Shown here in pieces: positions 8,385-16,700 of a stretch of 33,090 nucleotides of DNA. The position numbers were made by a program, and so were the translations under genes. Positions within the stretch are counted from its first letter, which is position 1. Every line of letters starts with the position of its first letter. The notes beneath the pieces were generated by a model that was not told the DNA's origin, ran no database searches, and saw only the letters and a list, made by a program, of their open reading frames with translations. Source of the DNA: Candidatus Nomurabacteria bacterium (lineage in GTDB: Bacteria; Patescibacteriota; Minisyncoccia; Phycocordibacterales; UBA2100); the NCBI GenBank assembly GCA_943359705.1, contig CALRIB010000002.1:1-33090 (forward strand). The letters run 5' to 3'.

Positions 8385-8923
8385 ATCGATACGTCTGAAC
8401 TCGTAAGCGCATGCATGTGCACGACGACGCGCCACAAAACCGGCCCTTTATCGGTGTTTGGTATCTGACCAAACTGAAACTGATCAACGGCAGAAGGAAT
8501 AGGAAGCAATGAGAGGAGCTTGGCCACATGCACCACGGTCTCGAACGAGCCGTTCGCTTCTACGACAAAATCCACACTGTGAAGGGGCGCCTTGTTGTCG
8601 GGCGCGGCCGAAAGTGATTGGCCGAGGGTAAGTTTGACTCCCGCGTCCTTACCCACCGCGTCGATGGCATCGACGACGGCTACGATTCCGACGGTGCCGA
8701 TATTCTCGAGTGCAGCGCGGGCGTCTTTCGTGTCGCGCGCCGTGGCGTGCAGACGCAAATTTGCCGCCTGCCGCGCATCGGCCGCTTCCGTGTCGACGCT
8801 CGCAGCCGCGCGCGCGTCAAAGGTGCCCATGAGCGTCCATGCAAAAAAACCCACCGCGCCCCAAAGCGACACCGCAGCGAGTAGCGTAATCCACGAGACG
8901 ATACTAGTGCGTGCCTTGGTCAT
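8381..8923 (-). CDS. PilO-like type IV pilus assembly protein
   Basis: N-terminal TM, helical stalk, VEANGSFETVVHVAKLLSLLP ferredoxin-like motif, position after pilM and pilN. Confidence 0.65.
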   Translation of the reverse strand: MTKARTSIVSWITLLAAVSLWGAVGFFAWTLMGTFDARAAASVDTEAADARQAANLRLHATARDTKDARAALENIGTVGIVAVVDAIDAVGKDAGVKLTLGQSLSAAPDNKAPLHSVDFVVEANGSFETVVHVAKLLSLLPIPSAVDQFQFGQIPNTDKGPVLWRVVVHMHALTSSDVSI

Positions 8924-8924
8924 A

Positions 8925-9449
8925 TCAGAAGGTGCCCGTGACGGTTACGGAGAAGTGCCCGTCGTCGGTGCCGGTCAGAGCTCCGATGGGAACGGCTACA
9001 TTGTTAAAGTTCGGATTTTTTCGCAACAACTCCCCGTACGTGTTAATCGCTTCCCGCGTATTTGATGTGCCGCTGAGCACGAGCGTCGCCGGATTTCCCG
9101 GACTCAGAGCAAAGCTTTGCACCGTTACCCCTTCCGGACGCTGCGCAATCGTTGCCAGCGCCGCGTCGATGCTTGCAACACTCGAACTCGAAACCGGCGC
9201 AAGAAGCCGCAAAAGCTGCTGTGCTCGCAGGATACCTGCCTGATCGGTTTTTTCCTGATCGTTCCTTGGCGCCGGAAGCGGCGCGTCGTTACCCGTGTCG
9301 CTTGCGTTGACGACGAGGTACGCGGGAAGAAGCGCAAGGAGTGCGATGAACGCGCAGAGGATGGCCGCGAACGAGCCCGCAAGAATAAACCGGGCGCGCT
9401 GTTCCGCGCGAAGTTTTTTTTGTGCGTTTTCGGGAAGTACGTTGGCCAT
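8925..9449 (-). CDS. PilN-like type IV pilus assembly protein
   Basis: N-terminal ANVLP PilM-binding motif, TM, RPEGVTVQSF, LVLSGTSNTRE, FNNVAVP. Confidence 0.78.
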   Translation of the reverse strand: MANVLPENAQKKLRAEQRARFILAGSFAAILCAFIALLALLPAYLVVNASDTGNDAPLPAPRNDQEKTDQAGILRAQQLLRLLAPVSSSSVASIDAALATIAQRPEGVTVQSFALSPGNPATLVLSGTSNTREAINTYGELLRKNPNFNNVAVPIGALTGTDDGHFSVTVTGTF

Positions 9450-9484
9450 GGAACTAGTGCGTAGTGGCTAGTGCGTAGTTGGTA
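9450..9484 (-). repeat. Five-unit heptamer tract directly before the pilN-like start
   Basis: Minus strand TACCAAC TACGCAC TAGCCAC TACGCAC TAGTTCC then ATG. Confidence 0.75.
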
Positions 9485-9498
9485 GAAAAATACATAGT

Positions 9499-10620
9499 TC
9501 AGACGCCGCGCAGTGCGAGACCGATAGCGGTGCCGTACTGGAACGATGTACGGCGGTCGATGGGCGGAATGTAGTCGTCAAAGGAGCAGACGTTGCGCCA
9601 CATATCTGGCTGCAGAGTCGAGGCCTGTACCCTTCCTGCGATGTAGTCGTCGAGCCCGCGCAGGTTGGAAGCACCGCCGACCAAGTACACCTGCTCGACG
9701 GGTGTCGCGCGCGCGCCGTGCTCATCCCGTCGCGTGTCCCAGTAGTGGTAGAGGCGCGCCACTTCGTCGGCGAGTGCAGAGGCCGCACCGGTCAGGGCTT
9801 CGAGGCCGGGCGAACGCGCGCCCTCGGTCGGCAAAAGTCCCTGGTCGTTATTGAATGCGCGGGCGTCTTCTTCGGAAACTTTGAGGACATCCATGACCGC
9901 GTGCGTCATAGCGTCGCCGCCCACCGCGACCGTGGAAGTAAAAATGGGCACGCCGCCTTTCAAGACTGCAAGCCCGGTGCGGGCGCGGCCGAAATCGACG
10001 AGAAGTGTGATGGGTTCATCGTGCACACCCGAAACCGCACGGGCGATGGAGCGCGCTTCGACTTCGAGCGAAAGCAGTTGCAAACCGGCGGCGTCGAAGG
10101 CGGCCACGTAACTCTCCGCGAGTTCGCGCGGAAAGACGACAACTCCTATCTCTTCCCCCTGCTCCTCATGCTTCACAATGGTATTGAAATCGTACACGGC
10201 GGCGGAGGGTGCGATGGGTACGCGCCCCTGAAGTTCAAATTCGATGAGGTTCAATATTTGGTCACGCGCCGAGCCGTCGGGCACATGCATGTTGAAGACG
10301 TACGCCGCTTCTTCAGGAAGCGCCGCATGCGCCGCAGTGACTCCGCCCATCTTCTTTTTCACTTCCGCGAGCGCAGCGCCGAGTTTGGGGACATCGTGCA
10401 CGAGTCCGGCCACCACGATACCGGGCGAGAGTTCCTCTTCCCCGTATGTGCGCACGCGCATGACACCGGGCTGTCCTTCCAGTGCCAGCCATTTTATCGA
10501 CGTATCAGAGATATCGATACCTGCCGCGGGCGGCTTTAGTATGCGCGGCATCGGAAACCATCGCTCTACGAATTGCGACGTAGCTCGACGTGCAGCAGAA
10601 AAGCCGGGAGGCAATTTCAT
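9499..10620 (-). CDS. pilM: Type IV pilus assembly protein PilM (actin-like fold)
   Basis: AGIDISDTSIK, LEVEARSIARA, LVDFGRART, VGGDAMT, VYLVGGASNLRGL, TAIGLALRG. Confidence 0.9.
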   Translation of the reverse strand: MKLPPGFSAARRATSQFVERWFPMPRILKPPAAGIDISDTSIKWLALEGQPGVMRVRTYGEEELSPGIVVAGLVHDVPKLGAALAEVKKKMGGVTAAHAALPEEAAYVFNMHVPDGSARDQILNLIEFELQGRVPIAPSAAVYDFNTIVKHEEQGEEIGVVVFPRELAESYVAAFDAAGLQLLSLEVEARSIARAVSGVHDEPITLLVDFGRARTGLAVLKGGVPIFTSTVAVGGDAMTHAVMDVLKVSEEDARAFNNDQGLLPTEGARSPGLEALTGAASALADEVARLYHYWDTRRDEHGARATPVEQVYLVGGASNLRGLDDYIAGRVQASTLQPDMWRNVCSFDDYIPPIDRRTSFQYGTAIGLALRGV

Positions 10621-10635
10621 TCAGCAATTATAACC

Positions 10636-10675
10636 CGCCTACCGGCCGGCAGACCTGCCTGCCGTGAGGTAGGCG
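10636..10675. repeat. REP-like GC-rich palindrome (CCTGCC/GGTAGGC family)
   Basis: CGCCTACC...GGTAGGCG closing stem with inner CGGCAG/CTGCCG. Confidence 0.6.
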
Positions 10676-10679
10676 CGTT

Positions 10680-11009
10680 TCAACCGAGCTTCGTGCCGGG
10701 CGGAAGCACACGCTCGGGGAAAAGGAGCGCCACGCCCGCCTCGTCTTTCGCGGCAATGAGCATTCCCTGACTCTCCACACCGCGGAGCGTCCGCGGAGCG
10801 AGATTCACGATGTACGGAAGTTGCTTGCCGACGAGTTCCTCCGGTTTTTTCCATTCTGCAATGCCGGAGACGATGGTGCGCTGCCCTAATTCACCGAAAT
10901 CGATCGTGCACTTGATGAGCTTGTCGGTCTCGGGTACGAGTTCTGCCGCGAGCACGGTGCCCACGCGGATATCAAGCTTTGCAAAATCTTCGTATTGAAT
11001 TTCTCCCAT
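10680..11009 (-). CDS. Stand-alone tRNA-binding OB-fold protein (Trbp111/CsaA/MetG C-terminal family)
   Basis: FAKLDIRVG, DKL, RTIVSGI, VNLAPRTLRGVESQGMLIAA. Confidence 0.92.
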   Translation of the reverse strand: MGEIQYEDFAKLDIRVGTVLAAELVPETDKLIKCTIDFGELGQRTIVSGIAEWKKPEELVGKQLPYIVNLAPRTLRGVESQGMLIAAKDEAGVALLFPERVLPPGTKLG

Positions 11010-11012
11010 ACC

Positions 11013-11408
11013 TTAGTCTATCGCGGGCGTGCGCATGTCTAAATAGCGCTGCAGTATGAGCGCCGCAGCGGCAGCGTTGTTGTGCTCGTTGCCTTTCTCG
11101 GCGTACCGCGAGGCCTCGATGGAACTCCCCGCTTCGCGCGCGTATTCACTCTCTATCTGTGTGGCCTTCGCGAGCTCACCGACAAATTTCTCCAGCTCCG
11201 GTGTGACCGTATTTGCGCCGCCCTCCCACGTGCGCGTGTCGCCGATGATTATTTTCTCGACTTTTCCTTCCTCGGCCATCCGCGTAATGAACTTGAAAAG
11301 GTGGTCGTCGTTGGCAATTTCGGCCCGCGGAAACGCAATCTTCCCGTCACTATCAGAAATAGCGAGTCCGACTCGCTTTGCACCATAATCTATGCCCAAA
11401 TATTTCAC
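11013..11408 (-). CDS. ruvX: YqgF/RuvX family nuclease
   Basis: YLGIDYGAKRVGLAISD, EAGSSIEA, AAALILQRYLD. Confidence 0.9.
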   Translation of the reverse strand: MKYLGIDYGAKRVGLAISDSDGKIAFPRAEIANDDHLFKFITRMAEEGKVEKIIIGDTRTWEGGANTVTPELEKFVGELAKATQIESEYAREAGSSIEASRYAEKGNEHNNAAAAALILQRYLDMRTPAID

Positions 11409-11434
11409 GCGTTCAGTATATACGAAGCCGTAGC

Positions 11435-11474
11435 GGCCTGCCGGTAGGCAGGCCTGCGCTCCGGTAGGCAGGCA
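11435..11474. repeat. REP-like palindromic repeat
   Basis: CCGGTAGGCAGGC occurs twice (11441-11453, 11461-11473), with GCCTGC complements. Confidence 0.6.
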
Positions 11475-11489
11475 TCCGAAAGCGGGAAC

Positions 11490-11924
11490 CTATATACCGA
11501 ACCCGAATCCTCCGTGGCCGCGCCCCATCCCTTTACCCTTTGCCGGCTTCGCTGCAAGAGCCGCGAGCCGTGCATCCATCTGTGCCTGCGTGATGACGCC
11601 TTGGTCAACAAGCGCCTGGAGTTGCGCCTTGACCTGTGTCTGCCTGGCTGCGCCCAGCTTCACTTTGAGCTGGTCGGCGGAAATGCCGTTATCAGCGGCT
11701 ATCTGCGGAAGCGTCTTGCCTTCCGACCAGCCGGTCTTCAGAGCATCGACGGAAATTCCGAGCGTACTCGCCTCCTTCTGCAACATCGTCGTAAAACGCG
11801 ATGCAAGATCCGTAGGCGAGAGCGTGCCGAAGGCTCCGAGTGAGAGCGCTGAGGCGGTGCTTGCCGTGACGAAGAGAAGTCCGAGCGCCGGGAAGAGGCT
11901 ATAGAGCAATACTTTTCCTTTCAT
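11490..11924 (-). CDS. Secreted/periplasmic protein of unknown function
   Basis: Signal peptide ending ASA, LGISVDALK..GKTLPQIA and ALVDQGVITQAQMD motifs, Gly-rich tail. Confidence 0.75.
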   Translation of the reverse strand: MKGKVLLYSLFPALGLLFVTASTASALSLGAFGTLSPTDLASRFTTMLQKEASTLGISVDALKTGWSEGKTLPQIAADNGISADQLKVKLGAARQTQVKAQLQALVDQGVITQAQMDARLAALAAKPAKGKGMGRGHGGFGFGI

Positions 11925-12011
11925 GAACTTTCTTTACCAATGCTAGTAATATCTTCGCCGTCCACCTCTAGAGAGTGTTCGGCTGCAGATAGTACACAAG
12001 CATCCGTCTTC

Positions 12012-12728
12012 TTATTTCATTCGCATTTCGTCTTCCAACATGCGTACGCCAAACGCCTGCACCGTATCCGTCGCTACTCTGTCTCCAAGGATGACGACGA
12101 AATCCCCTTCAGAAAAATCCGCGCCGTACGGAAGCCGCGTACGCGGGGAGACGCGTATCGTTGATGTCCCGTCTTCCTGGTCGACAATAATGAAGCCGCC
12201 GGGAATGAACCGCAGGATAGTACCGCGATAGAGGTCGGGATGTGCGGGATGGAAGACGCGATAGAGAGCACCGAGGGGTGCGGGAGCGTCACCTTGTCGT
12301 GCGTGCCGGTACATTTCGCGATGGAACGGCGTTTTCGCGATGAAAAATCCCCCGGCGGCGGCAAGAACCGCGAGCGCGAGAAGCGAAGTGACGAGCGAGC
12401 GGCGGTATACGAACGCATACCGACGCGCGAGTATTTCAAGCAACACGATAAACACGAAGACAAGCAGTATCAAAAGCCACGGGAGCGAGTGCAGGAGCGC
12501 GAGCCAGCCGCGCGAGCCGAAGGCGGGCTGGAACCACGCGCCGCTCTGGCGCAGGAAGAAGACCGCCAGGCTCGTGATGTACAAAAGTCCGGCAAATACT
12601 AGCGCTATGCCGGTAAACGCAAAGGCCGAAAAGAGGACGAAGTGCCAACGCGGTTTCATCTTCACGCTTCCCGCGCGAATTGCCGCTTCTACGCGCTCAC
12701 GCACTGTGTGTTCAGAATGTTCACTCAT
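12012..12728 (-). CDS. Membrane protein coupled to the ECF sigma factor (possible anti-sigma)
   Basis: Start MSEHSE overlaps the sigma stop; VKMKPRWHF motif, 3 TMs, C-terminal beta domain. Confidence 0.7.
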   Translation of the reverse strand: MSEHSEHTVRERVEAAIRAGSVKMKPRWHFVLFSAFAFTGIALVFAGLLYITSLAVFFLRQSGAWFQPAFGSRGWLALLHSLPWLLILLVFVFIVLLEILARRYAFVYRRSLVTSLLALAVLAAAGGFFIAKTPFHREMYRHARQGDAPAPLGALYRVFHPAHPDLYRGTILRFIPGGFIIVDQEDGTSTIRVSPRTRLPYGADFSEGDFVVILGDRVATDTVQAFGVRMLEDEMRMK

Positions 12729-13281
12729 AGATGTCTTGGGGTTTGGCCATTTTTTGCAAGAGCGCTTTGCCGCGTGCGATGCGCACGCCGACTGTTGAGA
12801 CAGGGATGTGAAGCACTTCGGCGATTGTTTTGTAATCCATGTCCTCAAAATAGTACAGCACGAGCGGCTCGCGATATTTCACATCGAGCGCACTTAGATA
12901 CTTTTCGAGTGTCTCCCGGAGGCTCCGGTCGAGCGCGCGGTCATCGGCGCTCTCAGCAGCCGTGAGATGCGGAAAGATGGTGTCCATATCAAACTGAAAG
13001 AGAGGCGCACGCGAGCGCTTCGAGAGCGCGTTTACAAATTCGTTGTGCGCGATTCGGTAAATCCACGGCGAAAATCGGCGCGATGCATCGAAGCTCTGAA
13101 TGTTCTTGTACGTTTTTATAAAAATGTCTTGCACGATATCTTTCGCGTCGTCCGTGTCGCTCAGAAATTTCCGCGCATAGCGCGAAAGCTTGTCCTGGTA
13201 GCGCTCCACCAATTCACCAAAAGCCTCCGTATCCCCTTTTTGTACGCGCAGCGCGACTTCTTCATCGGTCTCTTTTTTCAT
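12721..13281 (-). CDS. ECF (sigma-70 group 4) RNA polymerase sigma factor
   Basis: Region 2 [12 protein letters not shown] and [11 protein letters not shown]; region 4 [23 protein letters not shown]. Confidence 0.95.
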   Translation of the reverse strand: MKKETDEEVALRVQKGDTEAFGELVERYQDKLSRYARKFLSDTDDAKDIVQDIFIKTYKNIQSFDASRRFSPWIYRIAHNEFVNALSKRSRAPLFQFDMDTIFPHLTAAESADDRALDRSLRETLEKYLSALDVKYREPLVLYYFEDMDYKTIAEVLHIPVSTVGVRIARGKALLQKMAKPQDIYE

Positions 13282-13685
13282 GCCAACTTCGACGTTTTGT
13301 ATATCTCCGGCTTGTACGCCGAGAGCCGCACGATGTCCACTGTAATACCGGCGGCAGCGAGCTTTTCTTTCAAATCCAGTACGTACTCGCCTTCTTGGTC
13401 ATAGCCAAGCGCAATGATGCTCGGCTTCGCTGCGATGATGTGGGGTATGTGGTCTCCCTCGTCGCCGAGCATCACCTCATCGACGAGCGGATTTTTTCGA
13501 ACATTCGCCAAGCGCGCTTTTTCCGAGTTGCGCGGCCGCGCACTCTTGATGCGCTCAACAATGTTGTCGCGCGCCACGGAAACGATGAGAAACGGTTCCG
13601 TCGCAAGAGCGCGGGCTTGCCGAAACATATCCTCGTGCCCGGCATGCACAATGTCGAACGTCCCGAAAACCATGATGCGCGTCAT
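13278..13685 (-). CDS. Cytidylyltransferase-family protein, probably RibL-type FAD synthase
   Basis: [10 protein letters not shown] (HxGH), [20 protein letters not shown]; adjacent to riboflavin kinase. Confidence 0.8.
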   Translation of the reverse strand: MTRIMVFGTFDIVHAGHEDMFRQARALATEPFLIVSVARDNIVERIKSARPRNSEKARLANVRKNPLVDEVMLGDEGDHIPHIIAAKPSIIALGYDQEGEYVLDLKEKLAAAGITVDIVRLSAYKPEIYKTSKLA

Positions 13686-14029
13686 ATCTTTTCTCCCTCG
13701 AAATACTTGCGGACAAAATACACGTCGCTCGCAATCGCCGTGTGGAGTGCCGTGTCTGTGTCAAAGACTTGGCTCTCGCGGATTTTCTTTTCGAGTTTGA
13801 TGGTCACTTCTTTTCCGTACAGGTCATCAGCAAAATCCAGCAAGTGCGCCTCCAGTACTTTTCGTTTCTGGTCGGCAAAAGCGGCAGCAATAAAATTCTG
13901 CTTCCCCACCATGACCCGCGCCGCATAGATCCCATCATCGCTTCCCGTAAGCGGAATATTCACCGTCGGAAATCCGAGCCCGGCCGCCCGTTTGGTACCC
14001 TTTTCGACTACTCCTTTATACGTATTCAT
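13682..14029 (-). CDS. Stand-alone riboflavin kinase
   Basis: GVVEKG...[32 protein letters not shown]. Start is MNTYKG (14029); the longer ORF reads through tRNA-Ser. Confidence 0.9.
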   Translation of the reverse strand: MNTYKGVVEKGTKRAAGLGFPTVNIPLTGSDDGIYAARVMVGKQNFIAAAFADQKRKVLEAHLLDFADDLYGKEVTIKLEKKIRESQVFDTDTALHTAIASDVYFVRKYFEGEKI

Positions 14030-14034
14030 ACCGG

Positions 14035-14119
14035 CGGAGGGGGTGGGATTCGAACCCACGATGCCTTTCGACATGGCAGTTTTCAAGACTGCTCGTTTGA
14101 ACCGCTCACGCACCCCTCC
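14035..14119 (-). tRNA. tRNA-Ser (TGA)
   Basis: Acceptor GGAGGGG/CCCCTCC, G73, anticodon arm GCAGT-CTTGAAA-ACTGC, variable arm ATGTCGAAAGGCAT, T loop TTCGAAT. Confidence 0.95.
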
Positions 14120-14123
14120 GTGT

Positions 14124-14603
14124 TCAATCATTACCTTTCAACCAACTCTTTTCAAGGTGGTGCTCTTCGTAATGACAATTCGGGCAAACGAGCTCGAGAT
14201 TACTTGAATCGTTGTTCTTCCGGTTTCTATCTTTGTGATGCACATGCAATATTTCTTTCTTGTTGTAGCCGCATCGCTCGCAAGAGCCTCCCCGCTCCTC
14301 CAGAAGCCTGATTTTCATCGCCCGCTCGGCGACAACCTTATCACGCGGCCGACCGATCTTGTAGTGAATTCCTGTGCGATATTTATTCGAGCACGCACGG
14401 CTACAAGTTATTCTGTGCAAACTTGCGAGAATCGGCTTCGCACAAACGACACACGGTGACTCGTTCCGACTTGAGATACCGTAACATGCCTGGCCACAAT
14501 AGGCTCTGCCACTAGTAGCAGCGAGCTGAACAGGTCGACGATAAATTTGCTTACCGCAAATCGTGCACTTTGTATTTGGATTTCTTTTATACCGCTCCGC
14601 CAT
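14124..14603 (-). CDS. HNH endonuclease with two N-terminal Cys4 zinc-finger repeats
   Basis: CTICG..YCGQAC, CVVC..TCSRAC, then CERCG..LHVHHKDRNRKNNDSSNLELVCPNCHYEEH. ATG 6 nt after TGGTATACT. Confidence 0.88.
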   Translation of the reverse strand: MAERYKRNPNTKCTICGKQIYRRPVQLAATSGRAYCGQACYGISSRNESPCVVCAKPILASLHRITCSRACSNKYRTGIHYKIGRPRDKVVAERAMKIRLLEERGGSCERCGYNKKEILHVHHKDRNRKNNDSSNLELVCPNCHYEEHHLEKSWLKGND

Positions 14604-14641
14604 TCGGCCAGTATACCAGTTTTCCTTTACTCCAAGCGGGG

Positions 14642-15283
14642 CTATTCGCTCTCGCTGCCCGCAGCATCTATCCACTCGACTCCGGCTTTCTCGAACTGCG
14701 TCTTTAAATCTTTCTTTACTGCATCGAGCAGGTCCTTGAGCTCCGGAAAAGGTCGCGTTGCTTCGTCGAATGCGGCGACGGCGGCATCGGCGTACGACGC
14801 GTGGAATTCTTTGGGTATGTACATCTCCACGCCGCCTTCGGCGATATGCAGAAATCCCTCGATCTTGTCGAGCGCACGCACGAACCGCGCTTCTACCGTC
14901 CGCTGGTCGGTGTATTCGCGCCACAAATCGTAGACGGATTTTCCAAATGCTATGTCCCCCGTCATCTCACGCATCGCCTCGTCTTCTTTGGCCGTTTTGC
15001 GGACGGTCATTTTTTTCCCGGCGAGCATTTGCTCGTATGCGTCGATATCCCCGGTCTTCGCCTCCCCGAGGTCATGGACGAGGGCGAGCGAAAGCGTGCG
15101 ACCCATGTTGAGGCGCACCCTACACTCCGGGCCAATGATGAGCGCCATAAGCGCCAGGCGCCACGAATGCGCGGCGACCGTGTTTTGCTTGCCCCGTAGC
15201 GACGCGCCGTAGCGCTCGATGCTCTCGAGCTCCTTCGTGCGTCGCAGAAATATGAGGATATCTTCCATTTCCCGTCGTTTCAT
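14642..15283 (-). CDS. HD-domain phosphohydrolase (YfbR/HDDC2-like 5'-deoxynucleotidase family)
   Basis: TVAAHSWRLA, ALVHDLGEAKTGDI, LWREY, EARFVRALDKIE. Confidence 0.88.
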   Translation of the reverse strand: MKRREMEDILIFLRRTKELESIERYGASLRGKQNTVAAHSWRLALMALIIGPECRVRLNMGRTLSLALVHDLGEAKTGDIDAYEQMLAGKKMTVRKTAKEDEAMREMTGDIAFGKSVYDLWREYTDQRTVEARFVRALDKIEGFLHIAEGGVEMYIPKEFHASYADAAVAAFDEATRPFPELKDLLDAVKKDLKTQFEKAGVEWIDAAGSESE

Positions 15284-15375
15284 TTGTTGTCAAAAGCACC
15301 AAGACACTGGCTGCCTAGGCTTGACTCGGGTATCATCCTTCACTTATAGTACGGGCTCAAATGAGAGAGGCTTGT

Positions 15376-15396
15376 TTGTAAAAATACACTTTACAA
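15376..15396. promoter_or_regulatory. Palindromic candidate operator TTGTAAA-N7-TTTACAA
   Basis: Perfect 7-7-7 inverted repeat 4 nt upstream of the regulator ATG, in a divergent intergenic region. Confidence 0.45.
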
Positions 15397-15400
15397 CTCT

Positions 15401-16213
15401 ATGGCCAAGCAGATACAAAAACAGGACAGCGTGACGCGAACGCTCGCCGTACTCGACCTCAATGAGAATGAGGCAGTGCTCTACGGCCAGATGCTGAGTC
15501 ACCCCCAGAGCACGGTGCAGGAGCTTGGCACGCGCGCCCCCTTCCCTCGCACGATGCTGTACTACGTGCTGAAACAACTCATGCAGCGCGGACTGGTGTC
15601 GGCAAGGAAGGAAGGCTGGCGCACCGTGTATGTGGCCGAAAATCCCGAGCGACTCTACGATCTGCTCTCGCGCAAAGAGAAGGAGTTTGAGCGCGAGACT
15701 GCAGCAATTCGCGAGCTTGTTCCCCATCTCAAGCAACGCTACCGTTTTGCAGGAAAGCGGCCGACGGTACGGACGTTCGAAGGACTGGAGGAATACCAGA
15801 AAGCGCTTGAGGACAGCATCGTGTCGAAGCCGAAAGAAATCCTTGCTTACGAGATGCTCGGCGCGAAGAAGCCCGCCATTCAAATGCGCGATGCACACGA
15901 GCGGCGGCGCGTTACGCGGAAAATACTGAAGAAGGTGCTGTTCTTCGAGAGTAGAGATGCGATGCGAGCCCTCGAGAGCCGTCGCTACGACGACTTCACG
16001 CAATTCCGTAGTATCAAAGACGGACCCGCGCCCTTCGGCGCCGACGTGACGCTCTACGACGGCAAGCTTCTCTATACGAGTTACTACGCCGGGCACGAAC
16101 CGACTGCCGTGCTCATCGAAGACGAGGCACTCTACATGATGCAGAAGAGCCTCTTCGACGCCTTGTGGAAACAAGGAAAAGACCGCACACTCTCGTTCAA
16201 CAAGAACCTATGA
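15401..16213 (+). CDS. TrmB-family HTH transcriptional regulator
   Basis: LDLNENEAVLY..L, RTMLYYVLKQLMQRGLV, YVAENPERL, PTVRTFEG, C-terminal LFDALW. Confidence 0.85.
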   Translation: MAKQIQKQDSVTRTLAVLDLNENEAVLYGQMLSHPQSTVQELGTRAPFPRTMLYYVLKQLMQRGLVSARKEGWRTVYVAENPERLYDLLSRKEKEFERETAAIRELVPHLKQRYRFAGKRPTVRTFEGLEEYQKALEDSIVSKPKEILAYEMLGAKKPAIQMRDAHERRRVTRKILKKVLFFESRDAMRALESRRYDDFTQFRSIKDGPAPFGADVTLYDGKLLYTSYYAGHEPTAVLIEDEALYMMQKSLFDALWKQGKDRTLSFNKNL

Positions 16214-16623
16214 ACATTTTCTTTACCGGCTCCATACGCGGAGGGCGCGAGAACCAGCCGCAATACGCCCGTATCGTCAAAATGCTCGAGAAACACGGTA
16301 CGGTCTTTTCCAAACACGTGGCGGACGAGACGCTCTCACAATATGGTGAGACGAACCTTACGAACGCAGAGATCCTCGCACGCGAGCTGGATGCCCTCAG
16401 TACATCGGACGTAGTCGTGGCAGAAGTCACTACGCCGAGCCACGGTGTCGGGTACTTTATCGCACGCGCCACTCTGCAGGGGAAAAAAGTAGTCGCTCTT
16501 CACTGTGGAGAGTACGAACTCAAACTCTCGGGCATCATCCAGGGCGACCCCGGGGTGGAATTGCATATTTACAAGACCGATGAAGACATCGAGCGCATAC
16601 TCCAAACGGCGTTTCGAACATAA
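16210..16623 (+). CDS. Nucleoside 2-deoxyribosyltransferase/DNPH1(Rcl)-like protein with substituted catalytic residues
   Basis: [12 protein letters not shown] and [17 protein letters not shown] motifs. The ATG overlaps the regulator stop (ATGA). Confidence 0.82.
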   Translation: MNIFFTGSIRGGRENQPQYARIVKMLEKHGTVFSKHVADETLSQYGETNLTNAEILARELDALSTSDVVVAEVTTPSHGVGYFIARATLQGKKVVALHCGEYELKLSGIIQGDPGVELHIYKTDEDIERILQTAFRT

Positions 16624-16700
16624 AAAGCGATATTTCCGGGTTTTTGGGCTATTCACACCTGGCCTTGGCGGGGATGGCGCGCAAGGTACAATTGCTCCAT

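Noticed and set aside
14035..14119. Selenocysteine or opal-suppressor tRNA
   Set aside because: The anticodon is TGA (reads TCA, Ser), not TCA, and the acceptor stem is a normal 7 bp.
15344..16174. Long antisense ORFs (also 9718-10539, 21750-22499, 26967-27938)
   Set aside because: Shadow frames of well-supported genes in GC-rich DNA, with no recognisable motifs.
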